A stretch of 63,890 nucleotides of DNA, filler included, from Phoronis australis (GCA_002633005.1; 7 parts of 7 records of this genome joined end to end with filler, not necessarily neighbours in it); one strand, 5' to 3'; positions 1 through 12,930 are shown, counted from the whole stretch's first letter. A program made the numbers and translations. The notes: generated by a model not told the origin, from the letters alone.

Positions 1-95
1 TGGAGACCCCTTTCAGATCCATGGAGGCCCTTTCAGATCCATGGAGACCCCTTTCAGATCCATGGAGACCCCTTTCAGATCCATGGAAACCCTTC
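1..95. repeat. 21-bp minisatellite (CCATGGAGACCCCTTTCAGAT)n, runs off the window start
   Basis: About 4 near-identical head-to-tail copies, one with a 1-nt deletion; explains the METPFRS repeat in ORF 41..226. Confidence 0.95.
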
Positions 96-994
96 TCGCA
101 GCGACGACTAACTACTCCCACCGTGCCCAGATATCACACTTTTCTGGGCATTCTACGCAAACCATCATTTGCATAAATATAATTACAAAAATCACAACAA
201 TGCCCACTCCAAAAATGGCTCCCTGAGTGTTTTGAAATATTTTACAATCATTATTAAAAGCTCTGATTCACATACTGTAAAATCCCACTAATTTGTTACA
301 AAATAATTTCTAAAACTGTCCTTTTCTGATGTTCAAATTCTTCTTACATCGTTAGGAATTCGTAGATTAAGTTTTCAAACTTTTGTGCTACAGCACATAC
401 AATGTTCCATACCACACTTCAACACGGTAAAGCATTAACTCTGTGCTATACATCTCACATGAAAAAATAAGAAATTCACCTGTCCACCACACTGTGTTCT
501 ACATTTGTACGGTTTTACCATTAGCACAGATTGAATATGGCGAGTTACTGACACTTAACACAGTCAATGTTGCCCTTATTCCATTTATTCAAATTACAAT
601 TAGACAAAAGTAATCGACAAAATAACGTTGTCCCCATCATGACAGTTAATTATGTTAACAACAAAATAGTAATTGCTAATAAGGCAGACAAATTACAATT
701 ACAAAATGGCTTCGACAACTTAATAACTTTGATTCCTATTAACTCCCTTTAACTCTCGATCACCAGCGGAGACTACAGTGTACTCTGGTGATGGATTTGG
801 CTTCCGGCCAATCGTCAAGCCGGGAAGTTCCGTGGCATATTGTTTGAATATTTTTACTTGGACTGAAGATCAGCAACACGAGGTTACAAGCATATCGTGG
901 ATTTGTCAAATATACCTTAGTGTTAGGATGAACGTATTGACACTAACAAATACATAAAGACTTAAGTTGGGGGAATCAGGTCGCAGCAACTTAC

Positions 995-1067
995 CTTGAA
1001 CAAATGCCTGGCACGACGTGGCTAAGTCCACTGCTTGACAAATGTAGAGTGTAGATTTTGGAACCAT
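995..1067 (-). CDS. GTF3C4-like gene, visible exon 6 (MVPKSTLYICQAVDLATSCQAFVQ)
   Basis: ttcccgttAG acceptor and GTAAGT donor; 73 nt, phase 0 to 1; open and in phase with exon 4586-4544. Confidence 0.65.
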
Positions 1068-1131
1068 CTAACGGGAACACAGATATATAATGAACAACCA
1101 GTCTGCATTATGAACTTAAATAATCTTCACN

Positions 1132-4100
1132 ACCGCCACAAGGATGCACCACAGTAGTCAAAGTCGACAGAAAATCATCGGCAACTGTCCCTTCATAGAA
1201 AGAACGTACATGTCAATTTTCACAATCATCTTTAGAGTGGTTTGGTTGACAGAAGGATGAATGCCACAAAACAGACTCAAACAACAAAAATGGCCACTAG
1301 GTTGCGCAAAAAACCTTGAATCAATCCGATGATGAATGGCTAGCGTCACCTCACTAATGGATGTCTATGTGCCAAATTTTATGGAAATCCATTGAGTGCC
1401 TTTGAAGATACAGCGATAAACATAAAAAACTAAAATTGCCACTAGGGGGCACACCGGAAGACCCATCTGTCTGAAAGTCATCGTCGTTTGTTGTCAAAAT
1501 ACATTTTCTAAATTTAATAAAGATCCTGTAGAGCATTTAGAAGATACAGCCATGGGCGCAAAAACAAACAAAAGTGCCACTAGGAGGAGCCACAGCAGGG
1601 CTCGACATAACGAGCTGCAGGTCGCATTTGCGACCTGAAATTTGGAAATGCGAGCTGAGATTTTTGTCAGCTCCTATAAAGTCGCAAAATGCAACCTGGA
1701 ATTTCCAACTAATGCGAGCTGAGTTTTTACACTTCTAAACAGATACCTGGCAAATACACAGCAGCTCTTGTTAATCCGACCGTTATTTGGTTGTTGCCAA
1801 ATACAAGTTCAAAAGAACACTAACCGAGAAGATGCCTCCCGATGACTTGTAAGTAAGTCGCGTGAACATGGGATATGCAGAATCGATCATTGACGCGTTT
1901 CATTGGCTAACACTTTCGGCCACTTTTGTAAATTCACGCATTCGCCGAAGAAAGTTTCGGGCCACTGCTTACACGTGATAAAACTTCACAAAACAATGGT
2001 GTTTCTATTAATTCTTAAGCGATCAACTTACCAAACTTTGTGGTGGACAAAAATGCTTATTTTTCACATAAGATGTCCTTATTACATGTACCAAATATCC
2101 ACTCCGTTAGCGCGCAAGCGGTCCTGGCAGACAATCGTGACTTAGACTGAGATGTGCTTCTTCTTTTATCGTATTAAGACAGCCAAAGTGAAAATGACAA
2201 CCTTATTAATCGGCAAACGACGGTAACGTCTTTACTTTCAGTTGCCAAGAAATTCTCAAACCCTTTACTTGTTTCTGGGGCTACGTGCACGAAATATGAT
2301 TTGTCTTTCACACGTTGTTGCCAACGTAAAGTGTAAGCCTACTCCAGCGATTCAAGTGCGTGAACTCACGTGTGCGCACCACTTCAAAGAACAGCGACAG
2401 TCCTAAATGAAAGAGTATACCGGCTTGACTCTGGTTTATTTGAAAATGAGCTCAGATTCCCAGCGGTTATAAAAGACCAGAAGTCCCGGGACCGATATAA
2501 CCCAGAACTAACGTTATCCTGTTCCGATGTTTCCCGAGGTCGATGTTCTGTAAACCCTGTATTCTATGCCCGTAGCCAGCTATTGCAACTAAACTGGCAC
2601 TAGATGCGAAATTGTGGTTCAAGTTAGCGAACTTTTCATTCTTCTCTTTGCCCCCCGGCAACTTTTCGCTCCCCGAACCACCGTCGCCGTAAAATGTTCA
2701 GACTCCTATAGAAACAACCTTGTTCCGGCTGAAGCGGGCAGTTAAACAAAATCATTCCGGTTGGCTAAAAAGGGTACAATGTAGGTGGTAACGATATCCA
2801 GAAAGTCACCCCTACCAGATGGAGTTTGCCTCGCAAAATCGTATCATAACGTTTCTTACCATTGCAGCGTTTTAGTATCTTATTACCGCAAACACTGAGG
2901 TTAACGACTATGCTCACGCACAAGCCTACTCCCTACCTTTAAAGTGTTTCATAATAAGCGCTCACTGATTTATTAAAAGTCCCCCCTTAAATTTTGAGAA
3001 TTTCCAATTAANNNNNNNNNNNNNNNNNNNNNNNNNNNNNNNNNNNNNNNNNNNNNNNNNNNNNNNNNNNNNNNNNNNNNNNNNNNNNNNNNNNNNNNNN
3101 NNNNNNNNNNNNNNNNNNNNNNNNNNNNNNNNNNNNNNNNNNNNNNNNNNNNNNNNNNNNNNNNNNNNNNNNNNNNNNNNNNNNNNNNNNNNNNNNNNNN
3201 NNNNNNNNNNNNNNNNNNNNNNNNNNNNNNNNNNNNNNNNNNNNNNNNNNNNNNNNNNNNNNNNNNNNNNNNNNNNNNNNNNNNNNNNNNNNNNNNNNNN
3301 NNNNNNNNNNNNNNNNNNNNNNNNNNNNNNNNNNNNNNNNNNNNNNNNNNNNNNNNNNNNNNNNNNNNNNNNNNNNNNNNNNNNNNNNNNNNNNNNNNNN
3401 NNNNNNNNNNNNNNNNNNNNNNNNNNNNNNNNNNNNNNNNNNNNNNNNNNNNNNNNNNNNNNNNNNNNNNNNNNNNNNNNNNNNNNNNNNNNNNNNNNNN
3501 NNNNNNNNNNNNNNNNNNNNNNNNNNNNNNNNNNNNNNNNNNNNNNNNNNNNNNNNNNNNNNNNNNNNNNNNNNNNNNNNNNNNNNNNNNNNNNNNNNNN
3601 NNNNNNNNNNNNNNNNNNNNNNNNNNNNNNNNNNNATCTATTTTGGCGCGTAAAAATGGCGGGAAAATTTTGCGACCTGGCATTTACGAATGCGAGCTGG
3701 ATTTTGAAAATGCGACCTGGGATTTTGGCTAGGTCGCAAAATGCGACCTTGCGATTTTAATAGCGTCGAGCCCTGCACAGTAGTCAAAGTCATCGGAAAA
3801 TCATCGTCAAATGTCTTCTTCATAGTAAGACCATACATTCCAATTTTCACAATCATCCTTAGAGGGCTTTGGTTGTTAGAGGGGCGGACGCCAAAAAATC
3901 GACTGGAAAATAGTAAAAATGGCAACTACATGGCGCAACATCCATCGAAGCAATCCGAAAACGGGAAGATGGCGTCAACTCGTTAATAGATGCCAATGTA
4001 CCAAATTTCATGAAAATCGGTTGAAGACCTTTGAAGATACAGAGGCAAACGTAAAAATCTAAAATTGCCACCAGGGGGCACAGCAGTATTCGTGTCGGTC

Positions 4101-4240
4101 CAAAACTCATTGCCCTCTGTCGTAGACCCCATAGAATCCTCCAAAGGGTTCAGGAGATACAGCCGCGGACGCCCAGACACCCAGACAGAGATGACGGCAA
4201 TATGTGACCACATATCTAAATATGCGGGCGCATAATAAAA
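1132..4240 (-). mobile_element. Non-autonomous Helentron/HINE-like element, interrupted by a nested DNA transposon
   Basis: Minus-strand 5' end TTTTATTATGCGCCCGCATAT at ~4240; internal subrepeats shared between 1140-1590 and 3780-4160 and with the element at 30176-31690. Confidence 0.55.
1596..3775. mobile_element. TIR DNA transposon with 5-bp TSD (hAT5-like), spans an N gap
   Basis: TIRs CAGGGCTCGAC (1596-1606) and GTCGAGCCCTG (3765-3775); flanking direct repeat CACAG (1591-1595, 3776-3780); subterminal GCGACCTG/GCGAGCTG repeats at both ends. Confidence 0.8.
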
Positions 4241-4543
4241 GTACCCACTTGAACACACAATTGTTTGAATTGTTTTTTGTAGTGGCTGCTTTTATTTCCT
4301 ATTGTATGAATACTTGGTCACGCACCACACTTTCAGGATCTTTTTAATATCAGATTTATTTTTATCAAAATTGATTAGTAATACTTAAAACACATAAATT
4401 GATTTCAGAATAATAAATAGGTACAACAAATTACGCAAATTTGACCAAAAGCACCTTCAAGAGACAGTCCCCTTTAAGTAAGACAAGTTTATTAAAGTAA
4501 CCTTTCTCAGTCGCCAAGGCAACAACCTTTGACCTCAACATAC

Positions 4544-4586
4544 CTTTGTACTTTTAATTCTAGTTTCTTGGATTGACTCTTTGAAG
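4544..4586 (-). CDS. GTF3C4-like gene, visible exon 5 (NFKESIQETRIKSTK)
   Basis: tttcttgtAG acceptor, GTATGT donor; 43 nt, phase 2 to 0, matching both neighbouring exons. Confidence 0.65.
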
Positions 4587-5041
4587 CTACAAGAAAGTAA
4601 ACAATATACAAATATACGGAGGTATTCAAACGTAATTATTTTAAAATATCAGATAAGAAATTATTGTAGACCTAATATCAGCACCTTTAACCAGTCAAAA
4701 GATAGAGATAATAAAGCTACTCATTCAAGCAATCAATGACTATTATGCAATTCAAAGAATGTTCACGCGTAGTTAGGAATGTCAACTCAGTGTCTTAAAG
4801 CACAAAAATAGAGGATTTCAGTCCCACAAATGAACCAAAAAAGCTCCTGAAGATGGCGCCAGCACATGGTTCCAAATGAGGTCAAATAAACCACCATGTG
4901 CAGCATTTACCAGTTTCCTTTACCAAGCGAGCTTAAACTCGCAAAGCTGCAAAATGGCAAAGTCAATTATTAATGCTGTGTCCAGACTTGGAAAGCAATG
5001 ACACCACATACTTTAGATAGAAATAAATAATCGGAACATAC

Positions 5042-5147
5042 TTCTGAACGTAGGCGTAAAGCATGTGATTGGCTGAGAAGGCTATCCCTGCGACATTCTT
5101 GGGCGTCTTAGCCAGCGACTGTGGACGGCAAGATAGACAACCCTCCT
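5042..5147 (-). CDS. GTF3C4-like gene, visible exon 4 (KEGCLSCRPQSLAKTPKNVAGIAFSANHMLYAYVQ)
   Basis: tactttcAG acceptor, GTATGT donor; 106 nt, phase 1 to 2; GIAFSAN resembles the GIAVSP blade motif of TFIIIC90. Confidence 0.75.
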
Positions 5148-6040
5148 CTGAAAGTACAGATCAGCGACAACCAATAATTCTCAAGAGCCTTTAGAAGCTA
5201 TTTAGTATAAAATTTGCAAGCTAATTATGCTTCTTTTAGGTTCCCTAACTAGACGTTAAATTTGTTGTGGTGATCAATGGAAAAATGCCACTAAATTAGA
5301 ATGCAACATGGCATACTGGGGAAAATGTATATTCTTTCATTTTCACATGAAGCAGAATGCAAATTAGAACATCGAAGCAACCTTCTCAAAGCGCGCCACA
5401 GAACTGGAAAATGTGTCACCTTCAAGTAAAACGCGTAATTTCTAAATTTTTTGTCGAAATGTAATTCATAATAGCAAAGGCGACCATTTCAAATTTATTC
5501 TAAAAATTTCAAATCTATGAGTAGGGGTTATAACAGATGCAGTTTTGTTCGCTTAGACGTACAGTACACATGAGAAATGATCAGACAAGATGACCCAGAC
5601 TTCCCAGTCCTGACACCTGAATACAAGACGAGTGCATTTCACCATGAGGGTATTAACTAACATTAACCCATAGTGACATCTGGTGACGGCTCATTACTCA
5701 TCATGCTACAGAAAGGGTATTTTGTCTTACCACAATAATTGTTGTGTACCATACTGCTTTTCTCTGGAATCACTACCATAACAACAGTTCACACCCAGAG
5801 GACATTATAATTCAGGTATCCCACAGGATTAGTAGCATCTTCTCACGAAAGACTGACAATCAGCAGTGAAAAGCAGTAAACCAAATGAAAGGCTTCGCAA
5901 TGATACAGAGAGTCTCGTTATCTAACAAACACACAGTCACACTGTGATGTCTAAGCTTGGGACTATCAATAGGCGATATCACATCAATTATTCGCATAAC
6001 AGCAAAATTTTTCATCATAAGCGTCCCCTGCTTTACTCAC

Positions 6041-6109
6041 TTTGGCTTATGTGGTAGATATGTCCGTCACCAGATGTCGCCACTAGACCACCATGAGCTT
6101 GCACTATAG
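6041..6109 (-). CDS. GTF3C4-like gene, visible exon 3 (TIVQAHGGLVATSGDGHIYHISQ)
   Basis: cttccAG acceptor, GTGAGT donor; 69 nt, phase 1 to 1; LVATSGDG is a WD40-type motif. Confidence 0.75.
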
Positions 6110-6839
6110 CTGGAAGCAGGAGAAAATCTTGATGAAACACACATTTTGAACGTTTAACACAAAGATCAGAGTTTTTACCTCAAAGAAATAATTGGCTTTT
6201 GTCTTTTGACTTGAGCCAAAAGTCAGACTTATCTGACTTCAAATTGCCAAAAATCGATTTTTTGACTTATGTCTCATGAAATGTTTTGTCATCTGTCCAA
6301 TTGAACTGGCTACTGATTTCTTTTTTTTTCAGCCTTGGTCTTATTTCTGTCTTTCAGCCTTGGCTTTTTTTGTCTTTCAGCCTTGGCCTTATTGTTATGA
6401 AACAGGCCACACCAAACGCAGACGAACTTTTAACCAAAAGCCAAAAGTGAGTAGACTCTTCGAGACACACACCCTGGGTAAAACACAGAGTACATACAGT
6501 TTGTCATACATTTTATAAGGCATCTTGTAAAATTATCATCAATGGACCTCCAGGAGGTAAGGTTATGAATTATGACTTTTCAAGGCAATACCATGATTCT
6601 ATATTTACTGAACACGTAGTCAGAGCTGATTGAAATTCAGCAGACCGACACACTGAAAACTGTGACACCAATTTTTCACAACAAAGTACATGTAACCTCA
6701 CACGACTCAACTGTAAAAGCGTTAAGAAACAAAATTACCAAACCATAGACAGATATCTTCTGATGTGAAGAAATATTCTACTGAGATATTTCTGTAAATT
6801 TTTTCAATTACTGCAAAAGTGAAGCTTCGCAATACTTAC

Positions 6840-6960
6840 TACTGAACTGAAAAGAATTGGTCGTTTCAAGAACATTTGCGGTTGATATTATCTCATCATC
6901 GTTCACTTCCAAACTGAAGGCCACCAAAAACCTCTCCTTTCCCACTAGCAGTAACTTGTC
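6840..6960 (-). CDS. GTF3C4-like gene, visible exon 2 (DKLLLVGKERFLVAFSLEVNDDEIISTANVLETTNSFQFS)
   Basis: ttctcAG acceptor, GTAAGT donor; 121 nt open, phase 0 to 1. Confidence 0.75.
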
Positions 6961-7432
6961 CTGAGAATTTGGATATATATATTGACTTAATGTAAATGCA
7001 GCAATTATTTAATCACTTTTTTAATTTATTATACAATTACATGGGCCATTTTATCTGAATGTTTTTGGTGAGTAACGTACATGCTAAAAATAATCAGACA
7101 AAACACACCCATGTGTGATGACTAGGGCACCAGCAGCCACACAAAAAATAACCTGGACCTGCTATTCCCTGATGAACTGACAGTTGCAGATCAACGGACA
7201 CAACTTTTGTTCAGTGTACCTTGAATTTCAGGCGATACCACTAAATGCAAGAGAAAGCGAAAAATGTCACAGTGTTATTTGTGATTCCTAACACTTAGTA
7301 AAGGAGCCATGAAAAATGGAAGCAAAAAAGACGACTAAAAGAGAGGCTATGCGAGTCAGGCTTAAGCATATGATAGTAACAGTGACATATTCTGTAATTG
7401 TGTCCATCATCAGGAATATCAAATGGTAATAC

Positions 7433-7482
7433 CTGTGGAGACCATGCCATGTTGTTGACCTCAAGGTCGTCCGTCTCCATCC
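7433..7482 (-). CDS. GTF3C4-like gene, visible exon 1, 5' part lost in gap ((W)METDDLEVNNMAWSPQ)
   Basis: CAG|GTATTA donor at phase 0; WxExDxLxV..W resembles the TFIIIC90 beta-propeller; upstream part falls in the 7483 spacer. Confidence 0.7.
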
Positions 7483-7581
7483 NNNNNNNNNNNNNNNNNN
7501 NNNNNNNNNNNNNNNNNNNNNNNNNNTTAATTAATTAANNNNNNNNNNNNNNNNNNNNNNNNNNNNNNNNNNNNNNNNNNN
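7483..7581. other. Artificial scaffold spacer N..TTAATTAATTAA..N (also ~10117-10216, 17278-17377, 23575-23673, 55071-55170, 62620-62719)
   Basis: The same 12-mer is centred in ~100-nt N runs six times; it gives stops in all six frames. Confidence 0.95.
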
Positions 7582-7599
7582 NGCCAAATGGTGCATGCG

Positions 7600-8040
7600 G
7601 TGAATAATACGCTTACACGAATGTCACGCATTTGTAAAGAAATGCGTGACTTTTAACCGCTCGTCCTTCGGAGCGGCTTTTACCGGGATCAAAGAGGCGC
7701 GGCGCCAGAGTCGGACTTGGTTGCGATGACCGCATTGTCTGGTGCGAGCAAGACGCAATTAAGTGTAATTACCCGATTATAACCTGTAGGCTACATACTG
7801 GCAAATTTTCAAAATATATTAACCAACAGTTTTAGTTATAAACAAATACCACAGCTGTATTCAGATGGAAAAAAACACCAAGTTTGGTTACCGATTTTTA
7901 AAAATCGATGAACTATTAAGCTAAAAACTACAGACATTGGGTACGATTAAAGATAAACGACTGTACGTATATACTCGGTGATTTACAGACGCTTTTCAGT
8001 GTTAACAATATCACGCGGATTATTCTTTCCATATACAACC
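7600..8040 (+). repeat. Interspersed repeat family, copy 1 of 3 (others ~22322-23275 and ~47323-48262)
   Basis: Shared head GTGAATAATACGCTTACA..ACCGCTCGTCC..GAGCGGCTTTT and collinear downstream sequence in all three copies. Confidence 0.85.
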
Positions 8041-8699
8041 AAGGAGTGTAGCAGAGTAGGAGAGTTCACTACGCCATTTTGCCATTCGCTGCAATGGTAA
8101 CCGGTCGAAACACTAGCGCCCCAAGCGGTGAATAATCAACACTTACTTAGGAGCGCTGTCCGAACAATGTAAACACTGAAAAATTCATACTTTAATGACG
8201 TTCAACGTGCAATAGCATTAATTTGTGATTGAAAATGGGTAGAATACGTTAACTAACATTCACTTATAATCAAATGAGAACGAAAATGTGTATTTTTATC
8301 AATATACATGTATAAGTGTATTTTGTTTTTATTCTCTTGAAGCTTACTTCAAAATCCTGGTTTTGTTTCATGTTTGAGTTCTTAACAAGGCAAATTATCG
8401 TTCCTTATAACAGTTCATACCTCCATGGACTACATAATTTGAATGATTGCTCCTGAGGGTTGGTGGGCGCCAAATGGGTATTGACCTCCTCCCAGGGGGG
8501 GGGGTTACATGGGAGGAGTGCTAAACAAGTAAAAACCAATGGGGTATGCCACATGGGTCTTGAGTCCCTCCCATCGTCATAAATTTTGGTTGCCCCCCTG
8601 ACAATTGACAAACATGTTGCTCCCAGCTCACAGCTGTTTTCATCTCCACCAAGAAATTCTGCATGTGCTCCTATTCAATGCACCAGGATACTAGCAATG

Positions 8700-8953
8700 C
8701 ACATGCGCGCACCCAGGGGGGCTCGGAGGGCTCGAACGAGCCCCCCCTTTGGCGAAGTGGGCAAAAAGGTCCGCCCCAGAGAGACAAAAAGTAGGAGAAA
8801 ATGGGACAAAAGTTCACTAAACAAGCTAAACGCGCAATTCACAGTGGTGCTCCCGCTCTTATATTAGCAAAAGGTCCACAACGCCGGGAATTCGAGCCCC
8901 CCAAATTGAAAGGCTNCCCCCCCCCCCATTTTCAAGGCTTGGTGCACGCGTGC
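8700..8953. mobile_element. Short MITE-like element
   Basis: Imperfect terminal inverted repeats CATGCGCGCACC / GGTGCACGCGTG and internal GAGCCCCCC motifs. Confidence 0.5.
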
Positions 8954-9786
8954 TGTTCTTTGCCCCCACATGTTTAGTTTACAAGATTTAAACAAAAAAG
9001 TGCTCACATAGAGAATATAATAAATAACACAATAAATACATGTACTAATCAAATAGCAGAGAATGACATTCGCATTACGTGTACATGTAATATAACAATA
9101 ATCATATATTGCAAATGCACCGTAGATCATCCAAATCGACTGCCGCCGTTATCTTTTTTCGCGTTAGTTTCCGGTTCAGTCACATTGTTGCCTCAGTGGG
9201 ATAGGTTGGATTGTACAAAACATTCATTGTTCCAAATTTCGTTCTTTCACCAATAGGTTTTCTTGGAATCAACTCAGTAAAGGTGAAAATGTTATGTGGC
9301 GAATCCTTTCCCGAAATCTTAAACTGTATACGGTCCGACTACATCTTTGAACAACTCATCTAAGTTTTACCCGGAGCAAATATGATGATATCAAGCCGTC
9401 GATCAATGTTCAGTAAAAGAAATATTCAAAAACAAAGATCCTGAACCGAGAGCTTCCTTCAGCAGTTGACTATGACATTTTGCGAAGGAAGGAACCTTAA
9501 AGACAGCGTCCAGCGGCTAAAAAACCTTTTTGACACCAGAAATGCATGTATTGTTCATAAAAATATTGTTTTTGCTTCTTACATACCACGGAAAGTAATT
9601 AATTGCGACGCAAATTACGCAGCTCATAATTCGTAGCCCCTTCGAGCGCCCCAGAAAAATCTCACGCACTCAGCGTAAACTGGTTCATATGACATCATCG
9701 TGGTAACGAATTTACTGGGAGCCACACTGCGTAACAGCTGCGTGCCATTTCTTGGACGTTCGGCACTTGTCGATCTCTGGGCTAAA

Positions 9787-9940
9787 ATGCTTCTTTGCGT
9801 GGTGTGCGGGTGTAGCAATGTCAGCGGCAATGGGATACATTTGCACAACTTCCCCACCGATCACGTCGTGTGCCGTGCGTGGAATAGATCCGTATCCACG
9901 ACAAGGCCTGGTTACAAACTTTCCCGATCGGCAAGATCTA
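9787..9940 (+). pseudogene. Truncated THAP zinc-finger fragment, probably transposon-derived
   Basis: MLLCVVCGCSN..GIHLHNFPTD..CRAW...V..TR fits the THAP N-terminal pattern (CxxxxC, H-x-FP, W); the C-terminal CSxHF is missing; a TTAA|AG possible Kolobok-type end lies at 9497-9502. Confidence 0.65.
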
Positions 9941-10216
9941 ATTTAGCCTTGGTGCAAAGCTGTATACAAAGTCTAAAGCTTCTCGTCGATGTGGGTAAAA
10001 AGGACTAAATAAAATCTGACGCAGAAATAGTGTCATTAAAAGCTGCACCGCTCTTTGAGTAAACCAAATTATTTACAAGTGTTTAAAGAATTATCGTTCT
10101 AGGCCTACCGCTCATCNNNNNNNNNNNNNNNNNNNNNNNNNNNNNNNNNNNNNNNNNNNNTTAATTAATTAANNNNNNNNNNNNNNNNNNNNNNNNNNNN
10201 NNNNNNNNNNNNNNNN

Positions 10217-12930
10217 AATTTTCGTCCGATCATCTCAAAATTTACACATAACACGTACTTCCAGAAGTACTGGAAGCTTATTGTTTTTCGTCAAAATCGG
10301 ATCCAAGATGGCGGCTCTGGCGGCCATTTTGTTTCCATTTAAAGGTTCAAATGCTTCTGGAGGCTACAATTTTTTTCGTAAAAGGCTAAGAATCGGCCCA
10401 GTAAATGGACTGGAAGTTTGCTACAAGTATACCGGAAATTGTTTATTTCCGGCTAAAGATGGCGGAAATATCGGCGATCGTGCATGCGCACCTCGATTTT
10501 GGCCTAAAAACGTTTTCTCCTGTAGAGGGCGCATTATAAGGCCAATTCTTTTGAAACTTTACAGATATTAGTTTTTTATGACATGCTATTATATGAACCC
10601 AAAAGACCGGAAGTTGTTTTCAAGATGGCGGATCTGGCGCATGTTGACCCATTTTCAGTCGTGCTGGAGTGCGATTTTAAACGGGAAGAGAAAAAGACGT
10701 GATTTTTTGCATGTGGATTCTTTGAAGTATTATCTTTCAAATGGCCTATAACAATTTTTTTCTCAGAATTACCGTTTTCGAGGTATTTGACTTTGAAATT
10801 CTTAAAAAAAACGCAAAATTTCATTTTTTTCGAAAAATTTACGGTATTAAGCGATACCATCAGTTTAGATAGAGCTTTGAACGGGCTTTCAGAAGATGCT
10901 TTCCATTTTTATCTACGACGTCTACTTTTCGAGTTATTTGAGATTTTGTGATAACGCTGCTCCTTTGTTGAGCGCTCTTGCTGCATTCAGGTTGGTTTAG
11001 CTTCTATTGAACTAGACTGCAGCCTATTTCTTAATGATTTATGTCATCTAAATTCGTCATATAAATGTTATGATGTTCTTCATCATGGCCACCACCATCA
11101 TCATATTCGTCATCTTCGTCATCATCTCCGACGTCGTCTTTTCTTCAGTTAATTTCGCCAAGTGTCGCTCATGACTGTAGCCTATTTCTTAGTGATTTCT
11201 GACCTCTACGTTGGTTATATGATTGATATCATAAATTGCATGGTCCATCATCGCCACCATCGTCGTCATAGCTGTCATCTTCGTTTTCATCTCTGTCGTC
11301 GTCTTTTCTCGTCATCTCTAACGTGGTTTTTTTAGTTAATTTCGCCAAGTTTCGCTCCTCAGAGCGCTTTCATTTTGTTTGTTCGCACTCTACAGGTCGC
11401 AATTTTGGTCCGATTTTCACAAAATTTGCACACACCGTGTAGATCATAAAGTCCTAGAAGCCTATTGTTTTTTGTCATCATCGGATACAAAATGGCGGAC
11501 GTGGCTGCCATTTTGTATCCGATTTCACAGTCAAATGCTCGTAGAGGCCGCATTTTTCAACAAACATGGCTGAAAATCGGAACGAATTTACTAAATTGCA
11601 TGTGCTACAATAGTACGGAAAATCGTTGACTTCCGGTTAAAGATAGCGAAAATATTGGACGTGGCGCATGCGCACCCCGAAATATGGCCAAAAACGTTTT
11701 CTCCTTTAGAATGCGCATTTGCAAACCAATTACTTTCAAACTGGTCACGTGTTTGTTGAGTTTAATAAGCTTTTATAAAAAATTATTGAACCGGAAGTCA
11801 CTTTCAAGATGGCGGCTGTGGGGAACAATCACACGGTTTCAATCGCACTGGGGTCGCATTTTTTATGGGAAGAGCAAATGACGTGAATTTTTGCATGTGG
11901 AATCCTTGAAGTATGGCCTTTCAAAAAGTCTGCGAGAGCGTATTTCTCAGACTTACCGTTTTCAAGTTATTTGACTTTGAATTTCAAAAAAACGGTAAAT
12001 TTTCAATTTTCTCGAAAAATTTTTGGATTTTTGCCAAACTACCACTTTAGATAGAGATTTGAACGGGCTTTCAGGAGATTTTTTCCATTTTGCCCTACGA
12101 CGTCTACTTTTTGAATTATTCGAGATTTTCGGATACCATTGTTCCTTCGGTCACACGCAGCTGGCTGGCTTTCAGCTCACTTTGTTTTGGTTATGCCTAG
12201 TTGACCCAGACTGACCCAGCCGGCACTATCCTACTGTAGACTGGACTGTCATGTTGCGCCATCTATTGTTCTTTATTGTAGTTGATTGTATGCTCTCTAT
12301 TTTATTTCTTCGCTAGTCACATGAATGTTATCGTGATTGCCAAGCTACCGCTTTAGATAGAGTTTTGAACGGGCTTTCAGAAGATATATTCCATTTTGCG
12401 CTATGACGTCTACTTTTTGAATTATTCAAGATTTACGGATACCGTTGTTTCAATTCGGTCACCTACAGTATGCAAGGACCCAGCAGGCTGGCTTTCAGTT
12501 AACTTTGTTTTGGTTATGCCTAGTTGACCCAGATTGACCCAGCCAGCACTGTCCTACTGTGGCGGAATAGCTCTCTGTAGACTGTACAACTCCAGGCCAA
12601 ATACTTATTGTAAACATAACTTTGCTTTGCAGACGGTCACATAGCACTACCTATTTTAGAATGTGGGAACAGACATGGCTCGCCCGTCCTGTTGCGCCAT
12701 CTATTGTTCTTTATTGTAGTTGATTGTATGCTCTCTATTTGATTTCTTCGCTAGTCACATGAATGTTATCGTGTTTGCCAAACTACCACTTTTTGAACGG
12801 GCTTTCATTCTTTATTGTAGTTGATTGTATGCTCTCTATTTGATTTCTTCGCTAGTCACATGAATGATATCTTGTTCGTCGTCTTTTCGATTAATTCCGC
12901 CAAGTGCTGCTCCTTCGAGCGCTCTCGTTT
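10217..12930 (+). repeat. Composite interspersed repeat array: two diverged ~0.9-kb units, ATC/GTC microsatellite tracts and local duplications
   Basis: 10217-11030 is highly similar to 15590-16360; unit boundary TTAATTTCGCCAAG..GCTCCTC.GAGCGCT; ~115-bp segment repeated at 12250, 12690 and 12805. Confidence 0.85.

Noticed and set aside
480-548. Possible further minus-strand exon (VTRHIQSVLMVKPYKCRTQCGGQ)
   Set aside because: Phase-compatible with the exon ending at 995, but the acceptor is weak and the peptide has no recognisable family similarity
2973-3683. Long ORFs at 2973-3683 and 20940-21627
   Set aside because: They are artefacts of translating N gaps
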